A stretch of DNA of 64,000 nt from Candidatus Heimdallarchaeota archaeon (GTDB taxonomy: Archaea > Asgardarchaeota > Heimdallarchaeia > JABLTI01): the NCBI GenBank assembly GCA_019058275.1, contig JAHLVW010000062.1:192001-256000 (forward strand), written 5' to 3'. Both the position numbers and the translations under genes were made by a program. How positions within the stretch are numbered: position 1 is the stretch's first letter; every line of letters begins with the position of its first letter. Below are positions 63,786 through 64,000 of this stretch, piece by piece. The notes under the pieces are model-generated. The model was not told where the DNA came from, ran no database searches, and worked only from the letters and a program-made list of their open reading frames with translations.

Positions 63786-63805
63786 AGTCTTAAAAATATA
63801 AGACT
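63786..63805. repeat. 20-bp palindrome AGTCTTA-aaaata-TAAGACT (site D)
   Basis: Shares the extended arm aaatggaagtctta with site A (opposite orientation). Confidence 0.7.
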
Positions 63806-64000
63806 TCCATTTCACCATATGTATAATTCAATTATGCTAGGGCAAAATAGCTTAAAATATGATTCGAGAGATACTTTTTGATCCTTTTCTTACAAACAAC
63901 TGGAGATTCTCTGGATATATGATAATGAGTATTATCATATATTCAGTATATAAAGGAATATATAAAGAAAAAGGAAAGAAATTGATACCCAAAAACGCTA

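Noticed and set aside
1-64000. CRISPR array, tRNA or rRNA genes
   Set aside because: No regularly spaced repeats and no GC-rich cloverleaf or rRNA-like segments were seen by eye.

Overview
AT-rich (roughly 30% GC by eye) archaeal chromosomal segment. It is most consistent with an Asgard archaeon (Heimdallarchaeia-like): it carries Rag/Gtr-type and Rab-like small GTPases, roadblock, longin and uDENN-like domains, and TM-RING proteins. No rRNA, tRNA, CRISPR array or transposase was recognised. Layout: (1) 0-13 kb, an accessory region of stand-alone enzymes, including a serine hydrolase split by a 2.56-kb insert with 30-bp direct repeats. (2) 13-15 kb, a wHTH gene facing a tyrosine recombinase with a Cys-rich insert. 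(3) 15-30 kb, sensors, an ABC-2 exporter and metabolic genes. (4) 30-46.6 kb, a peptide-scavenging block (TldD/PmbA, clostripain, PepA) with a family of circularly permuted DppA/OppA-type binding proteins, two of them reduced to a single lobe. (5) 48.8-62.5 kb, a putative receptor-to-small-GTPase signalling locus: an atypical GTPase, a 1440-aa Ig-repeat/TM/uDENN-like protein, a convergent Rag-GTPase pair, a roadblock protein and a TPR-longin protein. (6) Tandem TM-RING genes. A 20-bp palindrome RGTCTTA-N6-TRAGACT occurs four times. About a dozen genes are broken by nonsense codons (several TGG->TAG/TGA), frameshifts or chimeric junctions, so sequencing or assembly artefact must be excluded. 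All domain calls are from motif recognition by eye; no searches were run.
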